Shown here piece by piece: positions 58,371-64,000 of a stretch of 64,000 bases of DNA. The notes beneath the pieces were generated by a model. It made no database searches. It was not told the origin of the DNA and worked only from the letters and a program-made list of their open reading frames with translations. Position 1 is the first letter of the stretch. Each line of letters opens with the position of its first letter. Position numbers and translations under genes: made by a program. Origin of the DNA: an uncultured Alphaproteobacteria bacterium (lineage in GTDB: Bacteria > Pseudomonadota > Alphaproteobacteria > Rhizobiales > Xanthobacteraceae); the NCBI GenBank assembly GCA_963739175.1, contig CAVTZH010000007.1:135616-199615 (forward strand). Direction: 5' to 3'.

Positions 58371-59405
58371 GTGAATGAGGGGAGCGTTTCAGTGATTATC
58401 GATTTCCAGCAGCACTACACACCGCCGGAGCTGTTGAAGGGCAACCGCGACGCGGTCTCGGTCCTGCTCGATGAGCACGGCAATCCGGCCTATCTGCTCA
58501 ATCCGCTGCTGTCGGACCTCGCCGCGCATGTGCGGATGATGGACCGCGCCGGCATCGACGCCGGCGTGCTCACCTGCGGCTCCGGCTTCGACCAGCCCGA
58601 TCTCGCGATCTGCCGGCTGATCAACGACCGCATGAAGCAGGCGGCCGACGATTTCCCCGGGCGCTTCATCGGGCTTGCGCATGTGCCGGCGCTGAAGCCT
58701 GCGGAAGCGACGGCGGAGATGAAACGCTGCGCGGTCGAGCTCAAGCTTCCCGGCGTGGTCATCGGCTCGGAACTGCAAGGGCAGGCGCTCGACTCCGAGG
58801 CGCTGCGCCCGTTCTGGCGCGCGGCCGCCGACCTCGGCCTTTACGTGTTCATCCACCCGCTGCCCAACGTCATCCGCTGGGAGCACATGTATGCCGACGA
58901 TCTCGGCCGCATGCTCGGCTGGCAGTTCTCGCTGATGGTCGCGGCGGTGCGCATGATCAACAGCGGGCTGCTCGACGAGCTGCCGACGCTGAACGTGCAG
59001 TTCTCGCATTTCGCCGCCGGCATCGGGCGCTATCTCGGGCGCATCCGCGGCTTCCAGCAGCGCGACAAGTGGGGCACGGCGGCGGTGCCGCGACACGGTC
59101 GTCAGCCGAAACTGCCGTTCGATCACTACCTCGAGCAGCGGCTGTTCTACGATTGCGCCGGATGGGCCGGTCCCGACCATGCCGGCGACTGGGGCGCGGA
59201 GTGGGTCCGCTTCGGATTGCAGGAAGTGGCGCTATCGCAAACGGTGTTCGCGACCGACTATCCGCAGGCGGTGCGCGATCCGCAGGAGGTCGCCGAATAC
59301 GTTGCTGCGGTGCGCGCGCTCGGACCGAATGCGCGCGCCATGGTCGACGGCCTCAATGCCGAGAAACTGATCCCGGATGTAAAACAACGCGTGGGCAGAA
59401 ACTAG
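58371..59405 (+). CDS. Amidohydrolase-2 family metal-dependent hydrolase
   Basis: 'IIDFQQHYTP' (HxH-like start), 'GLAHVP', 'VFIHP', 'FSHFAAG', 'VFATDYPQ'. The GTG at 58392 is an alternative start. Confidence 0.85.
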   Translation: MNEGSVSVIIDFQQHYTPPELLKGNRDAVSVLLDEHGNPAYLLNPLLSDLAAHVRMMDRAGIDAGVLTCGSGFDQPDLAICRLINDRMKQAADDFPGRFIGLAHVPALKPAEATAEMKRCAVELKLPGVVIGSELQGQALDSEALRPFWRAAADLGLYVFIHPLPNVIRWEHMYADDLGRMLGWQFSLMVAAVRMINSGLLDELPTLNVQFSHFAAGIGRYLGRIRGFQQRDKWGTAAVPRHGRQPKLPFDHYLEQRLFYDCAGWAGPDHAGDWGAEWVRFGLQEVALSQTVFATDYPQAVRDPQEVAEYVAAVRALGPNARAMVDGLNAEKLIPDVKQRVGRN

Positions 59406-59435
59406 TCCGAACCGATTCCGAAGGAGTTCACGCCA

Positions 59436-60371
59436 ATGGCACAGATCGGATTCATCGGGCTCGGCAATATGGGACTACCGATGGCGCGGAACCTGATCAA
59501 GGCCGGGCACACGGTGACCGGCTACGACCTCAGCACCGCCGCGTCCGACCGGTTCGCATCCGACGGCGGCGTGGCGGCGACCGCGCTCGACATGGCCTGC
59601 ATGGGCGCTGACGCGATCATCACCATGCTGCCCGCCGGCAAAGATGTCCGCGACGTCTATCTTCAGCGGGGCGGCGTGCTCGCATCGGCACAGCAAGATG
59701 CGTTGCTGATCGACGCATCCACCATCGACGTCGAGACCGCGCGCGCGGTCGCGGCGGCGGCGCAAGTGAACGACCTGTCGATGGTCGATGCGCCCGTCTC
59801 GGGCGGCGTTGCCGGCGCGGAGGCGGGGACACTGACGTTCATGGTCGGCGGCAGCGACCGTGCCTTCGAGCGGGCGAAGCCGATCCTCGAAGCGATGGGC
59901 AAGACCATCGTCCATGCCGGCGGTCCCGGGTCCGGGCAGGCGATCAAGATTTGCAACAACATGATTCTCGGCGTGTCGATGATCGCGGTCTCGGAAGCGT
60001 TCGTGCTCGCCGAGAAGCTCGGCATCGATCCGCAAAAACTGTTCGACATTGCGTCGAAGGCGTCGGGCCAGTGCTGGGCGATGACGACGTACTGCCCGGT
60101 GCCGGGCCCGGTGCCGACCTCGCCCGCCAACCGCGATTATCAGGCCGGCTTCACCGCGGCGATGATGCTTAAGGATCTCAAACTGGCACAGGACGCGGCG
60201 AAGTCGTCGGGTGCGAAGGTGCCGATCGGCGCGGCGGCGACCGCGCTCTACAGTCTCTTTGTGGAACAGGGCAGTGCGCGTACCGACTTCTCCGGTATCA
60301 TACGGTTCCTGCGCGGGCCGCAGCCGGCCAAGAAAGAAACAACTTCGAAAGAAGAGCCGGCCAATCATTAA
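59436..60371 (+). CDS. mmsB: 3-hydroxyisobutyrate dehydrogenase
   Basis: 'IGFIGLGNMGLPMARNL' (Rossmann), 'MVDAPVSGGVAGAEAGTLTFMVGG', 'KICNNMILG', 'MMLKDLKLAQD'. Confidence 0.9.
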   Translation: MAQIGFIGLGNMGLPMARNLIKAGHTVTGYDLSTAASDRFASDGGVAATALDMACMGADAIITMLPAGKDVRDVYLQRGGVLASAQQDALLIDASTIDVETARAVAAAAQVNDLSMVDAPVSGGVAGAEAGTLTFMVGGSDRAFERAKPILEAMGKTIVHAGGPGSGQAIKICNNMILGVSMIAVSEAFVLAEKLGIDPQKLFDIASKASGQCWAMTTYCPVPGPVPTSPANRDYQAGFTAAMMLKDLKLAQDAAKSSGAKVPIGAAATALYSLFVEQGSARTDFSGIIRFLRGPQPAKKETTSKEEPANH

Positions 60372-60589
60372 AGCAATTAACAGATGTGGCCTTGTATCGT
60401 GAATCTCCGGTTACAGCATTCGCTGTAATTGGAAGTTCAATTGACCATTCACCTTCGCAAATAAACTTTATCTTTAGTCTGTTGTTTAAGTCGAATTTAG
60501 ACCATGGGCCGTAGTGTGGCCCGATAACGGCGGGGAAACAGGGCTCGTCGAATAACAAACGACTGCAGACAACAACGAGAGAGGCGTCA

Positions 60590-61105
60590 ATGATGAAGGC
60601 CGTTGCCAAGACGGTCGAGCCGGCTGATCGGGAAGCGCGGTTCGAGCACATCCGTCCGCTCTATCTCGAGGCCTTGACGCTGGTGGAGCGTTTGCACCGC
60701 CGGTTGCTCGACGTGATCAAGGACGAATTCGATCGCCGCAGCCGCGCCGACATCAACTCGGTCCAGGCGCTGTTGCTGTACAATATCGGCGACAAGGAGC
60801 TGACCGCAGGCGAGCTGCGCACGCGCGGCTACTACCTCGGCTCCAACGTGTCGTACAATCTGAAGAAGCTCGTCGAGATGGGCTTCCTCGACCATCAGCG
60901 CTCGCGGATCGACCGCCGGTCGGTGCGCATCAAGCTGACCGACAAGGGCCGCGAGGTCCGCGACATCGTGGACGCGCTCTATCAGAAGCATGTTCGCACC
61001 GTTGAACAGGTCGGTGGCATCTCCTCCGACGAGTTCTCGACGCTCAACAAATCGCTGCACAGGCTCGAGCGGTTCTGGACCGACCAGATCCTGTACCGGC
61101 TATAA
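60590..61105 (+). CDS. MarR-family winged-helix transcriptional regulator
   Basis: 171 aa. 'INSVQALLLYNIGDKELTAGELRTRGYYLGSNVSYNLKKLVEMGFLDHQRSRIDRRSVRIKLTDKG' is the HTH plus wing of the MarR fold. Confidence 0.85.
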   Translation: MMKAVAKTVEPADREARFEHIRPLYLEALTLVERLHRRLLDVIKDEFDRRSRADINSVQALLLYNIGDKELTAGELRTRGYYLGSNVSYNLKKLVEMGFLDHQRSRIDRRSVRIKLTDKGREVRDIVDALYQKHVRTVEQVGGISSDEFSTLNKSLHRLERFWTDQILYRL

Positions 61106-61132
61106 AACCTACCGCGCTTACTGGCGGTCCTC

Positions 61133-61160
61133 GCCCCGGCCGAAAGGCCGGGGCTTTTTT
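61133..61160 (+). terminator. Rho-independent terminator of the MarR-family gene
   Basis: GCCCCGGCC-GAAA-GGCCGGGGC followed by TTTTTT. Confidence 0.88.
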
Positions 61161-61210
61161 ATGTTTCGCGCTATACTACGCTCCGGGAAACGACAGGGAG
61201 CACGGGCGCG

Positions 61211-62180
61211 ATGGCGCGCATTTCCGCATGGTTGTTCGCGATTGTTCTGACGGCGGTGGCCGGTAGCGCGCAGGCGCAGACCGACTATCCGGCGCGCCCG
61301 GTCAGGCTGGTGGTGCCGTTCGCGGCCGGTGGGCCGACCGACGTGGTGGCGCGCATCCTTGCCGACATGCTCTCGCGCGCGCTGGGGCGGGCAGTCGATC
61401 GTGATCGAGAACCGGCCGGGCGCCGGCACCATCGTCGCGACCGCGGCGGTCGCCAATGCGCCGAAGGACGGCTACACGTTTCTCATTGCCACCAATTCGC
61501 TGCTGATCAATCCCGCGATCGGCCAGAAACTGCCTTACGACACGCTCAAGGATTTTGCCGCGGTCACCATGATCGCAACGCAGCCGGTCGCGCTGGTCGC
61601 CAACAAGGATTTCGCGGCGAACACGGTGAGCGAGCTGGTCGCGCTCGCGAAGAAGAGCGCCGAGCCGCTCAACTACACGTCGCCCGGCCCGCGCGGTGTC
61701 GGGCATCTCGCGGGCGAGCTGCTGCAACAGCGCGCCGGCATCAAGATGCAGCACATCAACTACAACGGCAGCGCGCCGGCGCTGGTCGACCTGATCGCCG
61801 GGCGGGTGCCGGTCATGTTCGACATCTGGCATTCGGCGAAACGCTACGTCGATACCGGGCAGATCAAGATCATCGCCGGCGCCAGCGCCGAACGGCTCAG
61901 CGATACGCCGAACACGCCCGCGATCGCGGAGACCTATCCGGGCTTTGCGGTGATGGCGATGAACGCGCTGTACGGCCCGTCGGGCATTCCGGCGCCGGTG
62001 CTCACGAAAGTGTCAACCGACGTCCGCGCCATTGCGGAATCTTCCGAGTTCAGGGAGAAGACAAAACACCTCGGCATCCATACATGGGGAACAACGCCGC
62101 AGGAGCTCGACGCCTGGACGCGTAACGAAATCGCGAACTGGGCGAAGGTCGCCAAGGCGGCCAACATTAAGGTAGACTAG
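61211..62180 (+). pseudogene. TTT periplasmic substrate-binding protein (Bug/TctC family), frame broken once
   Basis: 'YPARPVRLVVPFAAGGPTDVVARILADMLSRALG' joins 'GQSIVIENRPGAGT...SPGPRGVGHL...HINYNGSAPA' when one G of the GGGG run at 61384-61387 is removed. Confidence 0.85.
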
Positions 62181-62218
62181 CTTTCTAATAGCTAGCCGTT
62201 GAGAAGAAGGAGATTGTC

Positions 62219-63052
62219 ATGAGCGCCCTCGCCGAAGTCGAAACCGTCCCCGACGTCATCGAAGCGACCGTCAACTACGTCCAGAACAACGGCGAGAAGC
62301 TGTTCACCTATACCGGGGCGCCGGGTGGGAACGACAAGCGCCAGGGCGGCAGCTACGATCCGCGTACGGTGAAAATGCATAACGGACGTCTGGAAACGGA
62401 TCGCTTCGTGCTTGACCGCGATGGCTTCCGCTTCGTGCCGCACCCGACCAAGATGCGCGATTTCTACGACGAGGACGAAATCCGCAGCGTCTATTACCCG
62501 GAAATGATCGAGCTGATCAAAGCCGAGAGCGGCGCCAAGCGCGTGGTGGTGTTCGACCACACGCTGCGCACCGCCGACGACGAGATGCGCGAGGCCAAGA
62601 AAATCCGCGAGGTCGTGCGGCGCGCGCACAACGACTATACCGAATGGTCGGGGCCGCAGCGGGTGCGCGACATCGTGCCCGACGAGGCCGAGGATCTGCT
62701 CACGCGGCGTTTCGCGATCGTGCAGGTGTGGCGCCCGATCCGCTATCCGGTCGAAACCTTCCCGCTGGCGATCTGCGATGCGCGCAGCGTCGCGTTCGAC
62801 GACTTCATCATCTCCGAGCGCATCTATCAGGACCGCAAGGGCCAGACCTACGCCTGCGCCTACAATCCCAACCACCACTGGTACTGGTTCCCGCGCATGC
62901 GGCGCGAGGAGGCGCTGGTGTTCAAGGTCTATGACTCGCAGAAGGAAGGCGTGGCGCGCTGGACCGCCCACACCGCGTTCGAGGACCCGACCACGCCGCC
63001 GAACGCCCGCCCGCGCGAGAGCATCGAGATCAGGACCCTGGCGTTTTTCTAA
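62219..63052 (+). CDS. CmcJ/NvfI-family oxidoreductase-like protein
   Basis: 277 aa. 'RFVLDRDGFRFV', 'VVVFDHTLR', 'VRRAHNDYTEWSGPQRVR', 'RFAIVQVWRPI', 'PLAICDARSV' and 'HHWYWFPRM' resemble the CmcJ (cephamycin 7-alpha-hydroxylase-related) family as I remember it. Confidence 0.7.
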   Translation: MSALAEVETVPDVIEATVNYVQNNGEKLFTYTGAPGGNDKRQGGSYDPRTVKMHNGRLETDRFVLDRDGFRFVPHPTKMRDFYDEDEIRSVYYPEMIELIKAESGAKRVVVFDHTLRTADDEMREAKKIREVVRRAHNDYTEWSGPQRVRDIVPDEAEDLLTRRFAIVQVWRPIRYPVETFPLAICDARSVAFDDFIISERIYQDRKGQTYACAYNPNHHWYWFPRMRREEALVFKVYDSQKEGVARWTAHTAFEDPTTPPNARPRESIEIRTLAFF

Positions 63053-63980
63053 GCGCGTCCGCCGCAATCCAGCGCCTGAGCCAGCTGTTTGCTGCCCACA
63101 CCGCGGCCGCGAGTATCAACGCGGCCAAGAGCCCACGCATCGCGCTGGCGATGAAGGCGGCGTCGAGCGTGGGGAACGGAAATTTCGCGAGCTGAGCGCC
63201 CCGTTCGAGCATCCAATGCCAGCCGGTGTGCACCACCAGCGCTGATATGATGATGATGCCGAGGCGTTCGGGGACAACGTACCGGAACAGCACTCCAAGC
63301 GCCGGGACCAGCACGAGCAGCACGGCGATTTGGCCAAGCTCGACGCCGAGATTGAAGGCGAACAGCGACAAGACGAGATGGTCACCTGAGAACTGCAGGG
63401 ATTCGCGCAACGCGAACGAAAATCCGAATCCGTGCACGACCCCGAACGCGAAAGCGACGATCCAGCGATACTCCACGCCGCTTTCGCCGAGCGTTCCCTT
63501 CGCGGCCTGAACGATATTCTCCAGTGCCATGTAGACGATCGTGATGGCGATCAGCGTCTCGACGAGCGGTGGAAACCAGAGCGCGTCCGGTACGAAACCG
63601 AGGGCAGCCGCGATCAGTGAGATCGAGTGGCCGACCGTGAACGCGGTGACGATGATGACGAGCGGGCGCAACCGCCGGAACGGAAGCACGAGGCACAGCA
63701 GAAACAACAGGTGATCGATGCCTTCGAGGATGTGCCAGAAGCCTGACACGACGAAGCGCAGGGCAGCCTGGTGCCAGCGCGGATCGAGCGCGATCACGCC
63801 AGGATCGCCGTGAAACTCGAAGGCCCGCGTGGCGCCGTCGGGGGTCAGGAAGCGAAGCGTCGTCGTGACGGTGCGGGCGAACCGGTCGACGCGCAGCTGG
63901 ATGGCGAATTCCGAGCGGTCGGACCGGATTGGATATTCGAGCAGCACATCGATGAACTGCTGGTTCCAATAGAGGTCCAT
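63030..63980 (-). CDS. HupE/UreJ-family membrane protein (N-terminus may extend beyond the window)
   Basis: 'WHILEGIDHLLFLLCLVL', 'AFTVGHSISL', 'FGVVHGFGFSFAL' and 'NLGVELGQIAVL' are HupE/UreJ-type TM motifs. The frame is still open upstream of the ATG at 63980 at the window edge. Confidence 0.8.
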   Translation of the reverse strand: MDLYWNQQFIDVLLEYPIRSDRSEFAIQLRVDRFARTVTTTLRFLTPDGATRAFEFHGDPGVIALDPRWHQAALRFVVSGFWHILEGIDHLLFLLCLVLPFRRLRPLVIIVTAFTVGHSISLIAAALGFVPDALWFPPLVETLIAITIVYMALENIVQAAKGTLGESGVEYRWIVAFAFGVVHGFGFSFALRESLQFSGDHLVLSLFAFNLGVELGQIAVLLVLVPALGVLFRYVVPERLGIIIISALVVHTGWHWMLERGAQLAKFPFPTLDAAFIASAMRGLLAALILAAAVWAANSWLRRWIAADALRKTPGS

Positions 63981-64000
63981 GCTGCTGGGCAGGGGCGGGC

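Overview
High-GC (about 65%) alphaproteobacterial chromosome segment. Gene order and protein families look Bradyrhizobiaceae/Rhizobiales-like, judged from translated ORFs only.

**Core content.** A conserved housekeeping block dominates: gatB, dapA, mscL, smpB, rpoZ-rel, pdxJ-acpS-lepB-rnc-era, recO, parC, hemB, a threonine dehydratase and a valine-catabolism set. It is interleaved with envelope and transport genes: four Bug/TctC-type binding proteins, a ModA-like binding protein, a porin, Slt, and a sitABCD-type Mn/Fe ABC importer with a divergent beta-barrel gene. One tRNA-Ser(GCU) is present. I saw no CRISPR array, transposase, integrase or phage genes.

**Most notable observations.**
- An array of four TPR-glycosyltransferase fusion paralogues (three GT41/SPINDLY-OGT-like, one GT9-like) surrounds the tRNA-Ser, a porin, a Sel1 protein and an alpha/beta hydrolase.
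- A tandem pair of small secreted paralogues shares a C-x10-C core. One has a Trp/Arg-rich tail and the other an extreme poly-His tail.
- Two Fur/Mur-like palindromes lie between the outer-membrane barrel gene and the Mn/Fe importer.
- There is an abnormal density of single-nucleotide frameshifts, at least about 25 by eye. About 20 fall between 45.3 and 57.7 kb, and they hit essential genes (parC, hemB). This most likely reflects indel errors in the sequence rather than real pseudogenes.

Several candidate tiny ORFs and short tandem duplications are also flagged.
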